64,000 nucleotides of DNA from a virus (IMGVR_UViG_2974731955_000001:1-64000), one strand, 5' to 3'. Shown: positions 31,226 through 39,806, counted from the first letter of the stretch. The notes: generated by a model not told the origin, from the sequence alone. Program-made: numbers and translations.

Positions 31226-31522
31226 TTATTTTTTAATAATTCTAAGTGCCAACTTGATCCATTTATTTAAATCAAATTCAGGATCTTTTTCAGATACAAT
31301 TCTACATTTATCTGGAGAATCACATATTTCATATTGTTTAGGCTGGGTTACTAAACCCATTAAATTCAAAGCTTCTTTCTGTGTAAGAACTACTTCTGTA
31401 GCTCCTTCCTTTGAAGGATTGTTAAGATCTTCTGGAACGAATACTTTAACAGTACCATCTTGTTGGAATTGAATGAATTTTGAATGTTCACCTAACATGT
31501 TATTCATCATTTGTTGAATCAT
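31226..31522 (-). CDS. Hypothetical protein
   Basis: 98 aa; ATG 8 nt after promoter -10 box. Confidence 0.6.
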   Translation of the reverse strand: MIQQMMNNMLGEHSKFIQFQQDGTVKVFVPEDLNNPSKEGATEVVLTQKEALNLMGLVTQPKQYEICDSPDKCRIVSEKDPEFDLNKWIKLALRIIKK

Positions 31523-31530
31523 GTCTATAT

Positions 31531-31555
31531 AACGGTATCATTTAAAAAAAGTTGC
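31531..31555 (-). promoter_or_regulatory. ECF-type promoter
   Basis: GCAAC-N16-CGTT. Confidence 0.68.
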
Positions 31556-31648
31556 ATATTTTATACAATTATTTTGAAATAAAAAAGGGGTCAACATTTG
31601 TCAACCCCTAGTACATCCAACTACAACCACGATTAATTAAGACTACGC

Positions 31649-32038
31649 TTAGTCTTTAAAATATTTATCTTTCCTAATATAAGCTACTACATTATAAGGA
31701 TTTACCAATTGACTATCTTTGAATAGATCAAAATCAATTGACGATTTCCTAGGATATGCAACTACATCACCTACTTCAGGATGATTGTCAGGATCAGACC
31801 ATTGATATCCTGATGGAAGGGAAAGTACAATACCTTTTCTGAAGATAGTTAATACCTTTTCCTTGACAGTTTCACTGTCTGTGATCTCATATCCATTTTC
31901 ATCTTTCTTTCCAGTATGTACTGGCTTAATAATTTCTTTCTCTACATACTCATCTTCTAAGGGTTTTACAATCATATCCTTAGTAGGAGTATAATCTAAA
32001 CCTGCTAATACAGTTTCTAATATCTTATCTTGCTCCAT
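31649..32038 (-). CDS. GroES/Cpn10-like co-chaperonin
   Basis: P..DMIVKP, mobile-loop-like segment, KGIVLSL..G, EVGDVVAY, LV...NVVAYI. Confidence 0.6.
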   Translation of the reverse strand: MEQDKILETVLAGLDYTPTKDMIVKPLEDEYVEKEIIKPVHTGKKDENGYEITDSETVKEKVLTIFRKGIVLSLPSGYQWSDPDNHPEVGDVVAYPRKSSIDFDLFKDSQLVNPYNVVAYIRKDKYFKD

Positions 32039-32046
32039 GTTGCCTA

Positions 32047-32071
32047 AACGTGCTTAATTAATTTTTGTTCT
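32047..32071 (-). promoter_or_regulatory. ECF-type promoter
   Basis: AGAAC-N16-CGTT, ATG 8 nt downstream. Confidence 0.68.
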
Positions 32072-32252
32072 ATTGTTCTTTGAAAATTACACCACCAGTA
32101 CAACAAACTTTGTGTGCTAGTATTGGACAATTTTTATCTTGAAAACAACAACCATCACAAAATCCTTGTGGATGTTTGATTATTGTATATTTTTTGTTAT
32201 TTATCTCTATAAAGCCATTTCTTAAGGCTTCGTAAGCTTCTGGTTCTCCCAT
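32070..32252 (-). CDS. Small Cys-rich protein
   Basis: CDGCCF..C..CC..VIF. Confidence 0.6.
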   Translation of the reverse strand: MGEPEAYEALRNGFIEINNKKYTIIKHPQGFCDGCCFQDKNCPILAHKVCCTGGVIFKEQ

Positions 32253-32254
32253 AG

Positions 32255-32359
32255 TTAGTAGTCAAATTCTTCGTCAATCTCTTCTAATTCATTCTCCCAC
32301 AAACTGTCAATAACATCTTCTACTGCTTCGTAGAATTCATATTCTTCATCATCGTACAT
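32255..32359 (-). CDS. 34-aa hyper-acidic peptide
   Basis: MYDDEEYEFYEAVEDVIDSLWENELEEIDEEFDY; stop lies 2 nt before the next ATG. Confidence 0.65.
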   Translation of the reverse strand: MYDDEEYEFYEAVEDVIDSLWENELEEIDEEFDY

Positions 32360-32487
32360 ACTATGTAGTATTAGTTGATATATCTAGAGTAAGAGTAATA
32401 TAATAGTTGTTATCCTAAGTAGGAGTAATGGTTTTATTGGTATCTAACTGCATTTAAACTACTACTATACCCTACTCTGGATGTAGG

Positions 32488-32513
32488 AACGTATTACAGT
32501 TTAATTTTGTTCC
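32488..32513 (-). promoter_or_regulatory. ECF-type promoter
   Basis: GGAAC-N17-CGTT. Confidence 0.62.
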
Positions 32514-32566
32514 ATTATTAGTAAAATAAAAATATTTTTAACATTATTTATGATTATTTAACATAA

Positions 32567-32758
32567 TTACGAAAGTTTTGTAGATAATTCATTAATCTGT
32601 TGCCTTAATTCGTTGACAAATTTAGTAGCACCTTTAGGTCCTGTATAGCCTAAATCGGGTATTCTATATATATGATCTCCAATACTATCTATCCCATACA
32701 CATTATTTTCCTTACTAAGGATAGCTTCTACCTCTTTAACTGTTAATTCTTTTAACAT
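32567..32758 (-). CDS. Hypothetical protein
   Basis: 63 aa ORF. Confidence 0.55.
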   Translation of the reverse strand: MLKELTVKEVEAILSKENNVYGIDSIGDHIYRIPDLGYTGPKGATKFVNELRQQINELSTKLS

Positions 32759-32771
32759 AATTTAACTATTT

Positions 32772-33041
32772 TTAACGTATCTTATAACCTAAAAGTGTTA
32801 ATAATTCATAAAATTTGTTAATATCCCTAAAGTAAAGTGAATATGAAATCATCATATGAGCCATACCTTCCTCCATAGGATTCATTAACCTAAGATCTGA
32901 TACTTTCAAAGCTTTAGTACCATCAGCGCAATCCCATTCACTTACTCTAGCTCTTAATAGCTCAAAGTCACTAAATTCATAATAGAGTTGATTATCTTTA
33001 ATTTCAAATCCTTTATCTTTTAATTCTTGTTCAAATATCAT
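32772..33041 (-). CDS. Hypothetical protein
   Basis: 89 aa; first gene of leftward arm. Confidence 0.6.
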   Translation of the reverse strand: MIFEQELKDKGFEIKDNQLYYEFSDFELLRARVSEWDCADGTKALKVSDLRLMNPMEEGMAHMMISYSLYFRDINKFYELLTLLGYKIR

Positions 33042-33069
33042 ATTGCTGTTATTTAAATTCTAATTAGAG

Positions 33070-33094
33070 AACGAAAATGAATAATAAGTGTTGT
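33070..33094 (-). promoter_or_regulatory. ECF-type promoter at head of leftward arm
   Basis: ACAAC-N16-CGTT. Confidence 0.62.
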
Positions 33095-33249
33095 AAAAAT
33101 TTTTTATAAAAAATATTTTTGTGGGTATAATTGAAAGCGAGGACCAGTACAATATCAAGTCCCCTCTCCTAACAAGTAGGGGAAATCCCCCGTCAAAGAG
33201 TTAATGTGTTAATGAAACCTTATGGTGTATAGGTCAACCGTAAAGTATT

Positions 33250-33849
33250 ATGGATTTGTCTATCAAAGGTAAAGACGTGAAGAATTACGAACTCACTAAA
33301 GTAGAGGTAAAGACCTCTAAAGACGGCAAAGCACGCTATGCCGTATGTGAGTTCAAACAAGTTGGCTTAAGCAAACTATTGCAAGAGCAAGCTTCTGGTG
33401 TTACAATGCAGTTAATGGCTGCATATGGTAGTACTAAGGAACACGAAGATGCGTATTTCAAGCTGATAGAAGAGTCTATTGGTGAGAAGATGCTTATTTG
33501 TCGTGTTGAAGTGGCAGGCTTTCCTGACTTCATCCGTAAGGACAATGATGGTAAAATCATCACTGAGACTAAGGAAAGAGACGGTAAGCAAGTAAAAGTA
33601 GCTTCCATCTATAACTCTGTCTTCATCTATGCACTGTGTAATGATGAAGGTGAATGTATCAAGTCTGACGCAAGTCTTATCAAGCGTGGTGAGAACTCGT
33701 ACAACAATTCTCAGCGCATTGTTGATTATGTTGAGTATGATACTAAGCGTAAAGCAGCTAAGGCAGCTAAAGAAGCAGCTAAGGCAGCTGAGGAGAATAA
33801 GTCTAATCCGTTGTTGGAGGGTGAAATAGTGGATGACGATGAGTTGTAA
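33250..33849 (+). CDS. First rightward gene; beta-rich protein with acidic tail (possibly ssDNA-binding)
   Basis: 199 aa, biased codons, ends EIVDDDEL, followed by terminator hairpin. Function is inference. Confidence 0.6.
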   Translation: MDLSIKGKDVKNYELTKVEVKTSKDGKARYAVCEFKQVGLSKLLQEQASGVTMQLMAAYGSTKEHEDAYFKLIEESIGEKMLICRVEVAGFPDFIRKDNDGKIITETKERDGKQVKVASIYNSVFIYALCNDEGECIKSDASLIKRGENSYNNSQRIVDYVEYDTKRKAAKAAKEAAKAAEENKSNPLLEGEIVDDDEL

Positions 33850-33856
33850 TGAGTAA

Positions 33857-33898
33857 GTGGGAGGGAGTGGTAAACACCATCCTCTCTCCCCTCATTTT
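33857..33898 (+). terminator. Intrinsic terminator
   Basis: GTGGGAGGGAGTGG...CCATCCTCTCTCCCTC hairpin followed by T-rich tract. Confidence 0.55.
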
Positions 33899-33973
33899 CA
33901 CTCTTTTTCACACCAAGCCCATTAGTAATTTATATAATATATAGCGTAATTTAGAACATAAACAAAATCGGTC

Positions 33974-34156
33974 ATGAGTAACGGAACAAAAGCAACAATA
34001 GGATTTTACATAATGTCATGTTTATACCTATTATCAATAGGATTAGATCCAAAAGCGAAATTCTCAGCAATATTAGATATAATATTAGAATGGTCATTAG
34101 CTTATTGGATATTTATTGGAATATGTTACTTAATAATAAACTCATTTAATAAATAA
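33974..34156 (+). CDS. Small membrane protein
   Basis: Two hydrophobic segments. Confidence 0.55.
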   Translation: MSNGTKATIGFYIMSCLYLLSIGLDPKAKFSAILDIILEWSLAYWIFIGICYLIINSFNK

Positions 34157-34160
34157 TATC

Positions 34161-34370
34161 ATGAGCAAAAGAAAATATCACAAATCAAATTGTGATGCCA
34201 CAGTTAGGGCAATAGTCGAAGATGCACTAGGACGTAAAGTTATCCTAGTTGGAAAGCACGCTTTCGAATGGTCTATTATCCTCGAAAAAGAAGGAAGATT
34301 AGTAATAACTACATTTCCTAAGAGAGAACAAGCAGTAGACATATTTAACAAAAAGTACAGAAACAAATGA
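34161..34370 (+). CDS. Hypothetical protein
   Basis: 69 aa ORF. Confidence 0.6.
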   Translation: MSKRKYHKSNCDATVRAIVEDALGRKVILVGKHAFEWSIILEKEGRLVITTFPKREQAVDIFNKKYRNK

Positions 34371-34413
34371 TATGTATACGTATCCAGTGTATGAAGTGAT
34401 ACACAACTTATAT

Positions 34414-34487
34414 ACTCCTATAGTTTAATGGAAAAACACTGGTAGTACATGCACCAGAGATTGATAGTTCGATTCTATCTAGGAGAT
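34414..34487 (+). tRNA. Atypical tRNA with 9-nt anticodon loop, identity unassignable
   Basis: CTCCTA/TAGGAG acceptor, GTTT-AATGGAA-AAAC D arm, CTGGT-AGTACATGC-ACCAG, GATAG-TTCGATT-CTATC. Confidence 0.75.
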
Positions 34488-34507
34488 CAAATTAAATCAT
34501 TCAAGTT

Positions 34508-34714
34508 ATGAAAAAAGTATTATCATTCATTTGGACAACTATAAGAGTAACTATTTATATGATAGTATTACTCTTTTTGTTAGATGATCCCATCCTTTAT
34601 CCAGTGTGTGTAATACTATTTACATATGTTGAATGTAAGGATAAACTGAGTATTAGTGTTTTTCATGGTATTTTAGATGAAGTTAGAAAGGAAATTCAGA
34701 GCGACAACTCTTGA
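34508..34714 (+). CDS. Small membrane protein
   Basis: Hydrophobic N-terminal half. Confidence 0.55.
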   Translation: MKKVLSFIWTTIRVTIYMIVLLFLLDDPILYPVCVILFTYVECKDKLSISVFHGILDEVRKEIQSDNS

Positions 34715-34984
34715 TAGCTTTCAGCTTGTACCCATCTGTTGTGAAACACGTGGGTATATTTTCTTACCATTTGGCATAACAACAAATATGGCAATTATTG
34801 TACATGTGTTGTGAAATACGTGTACAAATCTCCAGAGTAAAGACAACCTCATCGTAGCTAACATGCTTTATTATCTACAAATTATCCGTTTCTACATCTA
34901 GTTTATTTCTATCTGTTAGCGGGTTCTGGAGTCTAGTAGGTTTAAATTGCCGGGCTGAACGAATGCCAACGGCTACTGAAGCTA

Positions 34985-35389
34985 ATGTCTTTAAAACTTG
35001 ATCATTTAAATATATTAAATATGATTCGAGTTATAGCGCAAAGGAGAGTACCATCTGCACATTCTTTTTTACAAAGAGTGAGGATGCTCCATAATACATT
35101 CAATATAAGTTATTTTAAGGCAATTAAACTAGCTTATAAATTGAATAAAGGCTATGGAATTGTAATCAATACGACCATGGCTAGTAAAGACCAAGGGATG
35201 ATGCTTATGATGAGTGACATCCACAGTAAGTTGCATAGGATCTATGATACTCAATGGAAAATTGGTATCGAAGGATGTGGGCAACAAACACCACTAAAAG
35301 ATTACAAACAAATAATCGTTAGAGGTGGTTATAGGGTCTTTATCTCTCTAAAGCCCGGTTTTATAGATTCTAGATTAGAAATCTATTAA
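34985..35389 (+). CDS. Hypothetical protein
   Basis: 134 aa ORF; start may be 35021. Confidence 0.55.
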   Translation: MSLKLDHLNILNMIRVIAQRRVPSAHSFLQRVRMLHNTFNISYFKAIKLAYKLNKGYGIVINTTMASKDQGMMLMMSDIHSKLHRIYDTQWKIGIEGCGQQTPLKDYKQIIVRGGYRVFISLKPGFIDSRLEIY

Positions 35390-35584
35390 TTGGGTAGGGG
35401 GATTATTCCCCCTTTAAATAGACTACTTGTTAACTCAAAACTCTATTTTCGGTATCTGTTGTGAAACACATACTGATTAAACTTAAATCCTGAGTAAATA
35501 CATGTAACAGCTTGGCGGCGTTAGTGGCTTATGGTTTACTCAGGATTATTTATGTTGAATTATTAACAATAAAATATAATCAGT

Positions 35585-36010
35585 ATGATAAACATGAAAA
35601 TTAAAATCGATTTTACGCATCCTAATGTACGTAGTTATAAATTACAAGCTATTAAAGCACTTAAAGAAATTACAGGCATGGGACTTAAAGAAGCAAAAGA
35701 TACTGTAGATTCTGGCGATTACACTATTGTGCAGAGTAAAAAATCAGAGAAAGACGTAGAAGTAGAATATAGAACAGTATTAAATATATTTGAAATAAAT
35801 GGTATAATAGAACCTCATTCATTCTGTACTTTAATTACAGAAAAGAATTCTGTTAAAGAAATTGAACCAGACGTCGTAAAAGTAGGTTCAGTATACATTA
35901 TTACTGAGGAAAAATATCAGTATCTTCGCAAATCTCTAAGCATCCTTATGGATTTACTTGGTACATCCAAACAATTCATCCAAGCACACGATGCTTTATT
36001 AAATAAATAA
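35585..36010 (+). CDS. Protein with ribosomal bL12 (L7/L12) C-terminal-like domain
   Basis: KLQAIKALKEITGMGLKEAKDTVD matches bL12 consensus KI.VIK.VR..TGLGLKEAKDLVE. Confidence 0.8.
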   Translation: MINMKIKIDFTHPNVRSYKLQAIKALKEITGMGLKEAKDTVDSGDYTIVQSKKSEKDVEVEYRTVLNIFEINGIIEPHSFCTLITEKNSVKEIEPDVVKVGSVYIITEEKYQYLRKSLSILMDLLGTSKQFIQAHDALLNK

Positions 36011-36012
36011 GT

Positions 36013-36234
36013 ATGGATACTATAACAAAAAGTAGCATTAAATGCTTAATTTATATAATAATATTGTTTGTTACAATATGTGGTGGACTTTATGCTGTAA
36101 TTTCTACAAAAGAATTAATAGCAGTATCATTAGGTGCAGGAATTATATGTGGTTTATTATTTATATTAATAAATATAGAATCACAAAAAATCGAAAAATA
36201 TTTAATTGAAGAAGAAGAAAAACAACAAGATTAA
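36013..36234 (+). CDS. Small two-TM membrane protein
   Basis: Two hydrophobic helices, charged tail. Confidence 0.6.
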   Translation: MDTITKSSIKCLIYIIILFVTICGGLYAVISTKELIAVSLGAGIICGLLFILINIESQKIEKYLIEEEEKQQD

Positions 36235-36273
36235 GGCAATATTGCAAAGTTTTATTAATAAATCAATTATTTT

Positions 36274-36738
36274 ATGAACAAATTTCGTGACTGGGCATTA
36301 GGATGCCTATGTTTAGTACTATTAGGAGCAATCCTATGGTACGGGTACGATAAGTACCATGGTACAAAACCAGAAATGGTTGAAGATCAACAAAGCACCG
36401 AAGTAATTATTCCTACTTTGGATCAAAAGTTAAACGATTGGAATGCAGAGAAACATAACACTGAACTGTATGATCTCTGTATGGAACTTCCCGAGCAAAT
36501 AGTTAAAACTATTCTTAATAGAATAGGTACAACTGCAACTTATGAAGAGATAGCTGAGGAATATCTTCGTAATACTAATTATTATATTAGTATGCAGTTA
36601 AAAGAAGTTATGCCGGGAATAACTGGTCCAGATGCTAAAAATGCTAAAGTGGAAATAAGAACCGAGGTAGAAAGGCCAATACCAGAGAAAGATAAACCTG
36701 TAACTGTTCCAGTAATAGTGAAAGATTCAGTCAAATAA
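36274..36738 (+). CDS. Membrane-anchored hypothetical protein
   Basis: N-terminal TM helix. Confidence 0.65.
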   Translation: MNKFRDWALGCLCLVLLGAILWYGYDKYHGTKPEMVEDQQSTEVIIPTLDQKLNDWNAEKHNTELYDLCMELPEQIVKTILNRIGTTATYEEIAEEYLRNTNYYISMQLKEVMPGITGPDAKNAKVEIRTEVERPIPEKDKPVTVPVIVKDSVK

Positions 36739-37171
36739 TTCTCTTATACAAAGCCTTTGGTACGTATTGCCTGTGAAGGTAATACGTACAATCCTCAGGA
36801 GATGACAAGCATGTGGGGCGTAAGTAAATGCATATCTATATACTTAGCTGAATACGACAGAAAGAATATAGAAATACTCGTATTTGTGTTTATGATCGTG
36901 CAGATGTAAAAATCATGCCGTTAATAAGAATTGTACTGGCAATACAATTCTGCTACAACGTAAAATATGTTAGATAGCCAATTTTAAGAAGTTTTGTGTA
37001 AAAGTTTTTTAATATTTATTTTGCAGACATAAAACTTCACAACAATTCTTGTTATTAGTTACTCACAGTACAATGTGAGTTGTTGTTAATCAACAATCGT
37101 TCATTCACAAACCTTCCCCATAGTTGTACATATGGGGACATCCTCAAAGTTATAACTTAAATTTATCAAAA

Positions 37172-37606
37172 ATGAAACAGTTATTATTGTATGGTAGCAC
37201 AGGTAATAATGTCTGTGTTATCCAAATTCCGACTAATTGGTCAGTTGATGAAGCTAGAGAATTTCTAGAAAAAGCTCTCTTAGAATTCGCAGCAAATAAG
37301 CAACACAACGAATTCTTTTCAATTTCAAATGAAGATGAACTCAACCAGAAATGGCCTAAGAAATCTTCAGAAATTGAAGAGTGTTGTAAAATTATTCTCA
37401 ACAACATTGGCAGTCCAATTAATGGTGCTGGTGGTCTAATTTGGCAAGTCAGATTACAGTCATACATTATGACAAATCCTGATTTTACAAACAGACTATT
37501 CAAAGCCTTTGAGAAAAAATTAACTCGAGAAGAAGAGGCATTTCTAAGTGCCAATTATCTCGAGTTATTACCCACTTTAGTTAAAACTATTAAAAATAGT
37601 TTATAA
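37172..37606 (+). CDS. Hypothetical protein
   Basis: Track ORF 37124-37606; likely start MKQLLL after A-rich leader. Confidence 0.6.
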   Translation: MKQLLLYGSTGNNVCVIQIPTNWSVDEAREFLEKALLEFAANKQHNEFFSISNEDELNQKWPKKSSEIEECCKIILNNIGSPINGAGGLIWQVRLQSYIMTNPDFTNRLFKAFEKKLTREEEAFLSANYLELLPTLVKTIKNSL

Positions 37607-37722
37607 TGAGTAAAACATTTAAAGACTCAAAAGGTACAAAACAAGGACGATCTGAAAAAGGTCGTCCTAAGCCAAAAATGACTCCTTACAAAAAGAGTAC
37701 AAAAGTAAAAGAAGAATATTAA
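37606..37722 (+). CDS. 38-aa basic peptide
   Basis: MSKTFKDSKGTKQGRSEKGRPKPKMTPYKKSTKVKEEY; TAATG coupling to upstream gene. Confidence 0.55.
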   Translation: MSKTFKDSKGTKQGRSEKGRPKPKMTPYKKSTKVKEEY

Positions 37723-37942
37723 TCTCTCGCCAGTTATTGATATTTTTTAATTTTACATATATGGTGGTTATCCCCAAAAAGTCATGAATAAGCCAGAGTC
37801 CTAAGGCAAATCAAAGCTATATGAAGATGTATAGTACGCTGATAAAGTAAAGGGGCTAGTGTATGATAAGACAACAAAGATTACACCGTGACTTTATTCT
37901 AAGACAACACAACATTTAACAAAATAAAATCAATTTATTAAA

Positions 37943-38335
37943 ATGCGAAGTAGAAAAAAGATGGAAACTACAAGAATTCGCAAAGCGAATGCTGTAGTAA
38001 AAGAAAAAGAGATTCTGTATTTTGCACAGGATAGAGATGTAAGTACTCGCATGCTTGCAATACTATCCGTAAGTAAAACAAAATCTGGAGTAATGAAAGA
38101 GATAAAAGGTGCTGATGGAAAAGTCCAACAAATACTTTGTCCTGAAATTACTCGCTACAAAGTTATTTGTGGCTCCAATGGAAAAGTTGGAACAAGATTC
38201 AATACAGTAGCGTATGTTATTGTATGTAGGAAGGATATTCATAGAATAATCAATGAGACTCTAACTTGGAGTGAAACTAATCAAAGAATAAGTTTCTGGA
38301 ACAATGTATATAATATGGCAGAAGATATAGAATAA
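37943..38335 (+). CDS. Hypothetical protein
   Basis: 130 aa ORF. Confidence 0.6.
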   Translation: MRSRKKMETTRIRKANAVVKEKEILYFAQDRDVSTRMLAILSVSKTKSGVMKEIKGADGKVQQILCPEITRYKVICGSNGKVGTRFNTVAYVIVCRKDIHRIINETLTWSETNQRISFWNNVYNMAEDIE

Positions 38336-38383
38336 AAACTTTTTTAAAAATCAATTTTATAAACCTTTTAAATTATCAAAATT

Positions 38384-38761
38384 ATGGCAGATTTCAATTT
38401 AGATGCAAAAATGCAAGAGCAAGAGAACAATCAAGGTAAAGTTAACACTTCCGCAGTAGATAAAGCAAAAGAGAATATTGCTGCAAAGAAGTTAGAACAA
38501 GAGACTCGTGAGGTTGAACGTCGTCTATCCAATGCAGAATCTACAGAAGATCGTGCATTAAAGGAATTACGTATGGCTCGTAAGAAAGAGGAAGCTCAAA
38601 AAGCATTTTTGACAGCTGTATCTACAGCTAAAACAAAGTTTGAGTCCGACGGAGATTATCGTGCATACGACAAAGCCGTTGAAGAAGCCGAAGAGAAGCG
38701 TGACAAGGCCGTTAGTGAGGCTAAGCGTGCTATCTATGGTGAAGATTATTGGCGTTATTGA
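38384..38761 (+). CDS. Coiled-coil protein
   Basis: Ala/Glu/Lys-rich, biased codons; directly upstream of RNA cluster. Confidence 0.7.
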   Translation: MADFNLDAKMQEQENNQGKVNTSAVDKAKENIAAKKLEQETREVERRLSNAESTEDRALKELRMARKKEEAQKAFLTAVSTAKTKFESDGDYRAYDKAVEEAEEKRDKAVSEAKRAIYGEDYWRY

Positions 38762-38779
38762 TACCCATTGATCACTCCA

Positions 38780-39350
38780 AATCAGAGCTGAGAGTGTCCG
38801 AGAGGCCTCTCAGTCTCTAATTATAGCTATATGCTGTAGTTAGAGATTAATGCCACGATTTAAAACTTCCGAATCGATAGTAGGAAAAATTACTCTGAAT
38901 TAACAGAGTACTCAAGAGCCTTGAGCCAGAGTGGAAACTTTGAGCCACTGATCATGTGCCTAAGATCATTACTATCACTTGAAAAGTAACAGGATGTTAC
39001 TGCTGAATCGCTAGAACCTTGAGTCAAGACCTAGTGATAGGCTTACGTAAGTAAGTTAAGTATAGTAATGATATCAAATCACACATAGAATTAGAGCTTT
39101 AAGCCGAAGTTGATGGTTATCGTCTTTTGATGGTAATTTAAAACTTCAAATTCTATAGATCTATCAAAGGCATTTACTATAGTAATAGAGAGCTTACATG
39201 CCTAAGTATTCTTTTTGAGGAGGTAAATATGTATGCAAGCCGCATTGCGCACTCTTACAGAGTAATACACTCGCAATAAAGAAGGATACTTACTATTACT
39301 ATAGATATTTTAAAGAGAGTAAAGAGAGAGATCTCTTTACTTTCACTATC
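38780..39350 (+). ncRNA. Putative structured RNA of about 570 nt
   Basis: No ORF; nested helices CATTACTAT/ATAGTAATG and CTATAGTAATAG/CTATTACTATAG, many hairpins, recurring (A/T)GCC motif. Confidence 0.55.
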
Positions 39351-39384
39351 CCAATTTGGGAATTTGTTTGGAATTTTTCAAATT

Positions 39385-39463
39385 CATAGTATAAGAACTG
39401 TACTATGTCTTATTAGGTTTATTGGAAACTATTAGGACGAGGGTTCGATTCCCTCCAACTCCA
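39385..39463 (+). ncRNA. ssrA: Permuted tmRNA, acceptor piece (5' limit approximate)
   Basis: ACTATTA-GGAC-GAGGG-TTCGATT-CCCTC-CAACTCC-A, a canonical tmRNA 3' end. Confidence 0.85.
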
Positions 39464-39567
39464 CATCTTTTTAAGTTTTAATTCGGTGATGTCACGCATG
39501 AATCATGGATAAAAGAATACGGCAGTAATCGCTTCCAGTACTATAAGTTCGTAATAGTATAAGGATA

Positions 39568-39615
39568 CCTGCCACCCACGGTCAGAAGCATAGAGGTTCG
39601 ACTCCTCTTGGCAAG
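39568..39615 (+). ncRNA. Truncated tRNA-like element in tmRNA intervening segment
   Basis: TGCCA/TGGCA stem plus AGAGG-TTCGACT-CCTCT T-arm. Confidence 0.45.
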
Positions 39616-39677
39616 GGTATAAACCACTCCTAGATTAAAAGCCGCAAAGCTTCCAAGCAGGTGTGAGGCCTGCATAA

Positions 39678-39806
39678 GGGGTTGCATGGATTTGACTAGT
39701 AGTGAAAGGTAAAATAGGTTCGATTTAAAATTAAATGGCAATAACTTTGTCACAGATTATACTGCGATAGGAGCGTAATCTAACGTGCTAACTACGAAAG
39801 TGAGGG
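39678..39806 (+). ncRNA. ssrA: Permuted tmRNA, coding piece; tag frame 39737-39778 GNNFVTDYTAIGA*
   Basis: GGGGTTG-CATGGATTTGAC-TAGTAGT canonical 5' end; pairs with the acceptor piece (G3.U70); TTAAAT-GGC resume context. Confidence 0.85.

Noticed and set aside
119-33000. Plus-strand short ORFs across the late arm (e.g. 3218-3739, 18828-19076)
   Set aside because: Antisense shadows of long minus-strand genes.
34728-39350. CRISPR or mini-array from repeated motifs
   Set aside because: Repeats are short, degenerate and irregularly spaced; no cas genes.
39464-39677. Theta (HDV-like) or twister ribozyme in the tmRNA intervening segment
   Set aside because: Stems are present (GGCAG/CTGCC, TACTAT/ATAGTA) but I could not fit the conserved cores by eye; needs a motif search.
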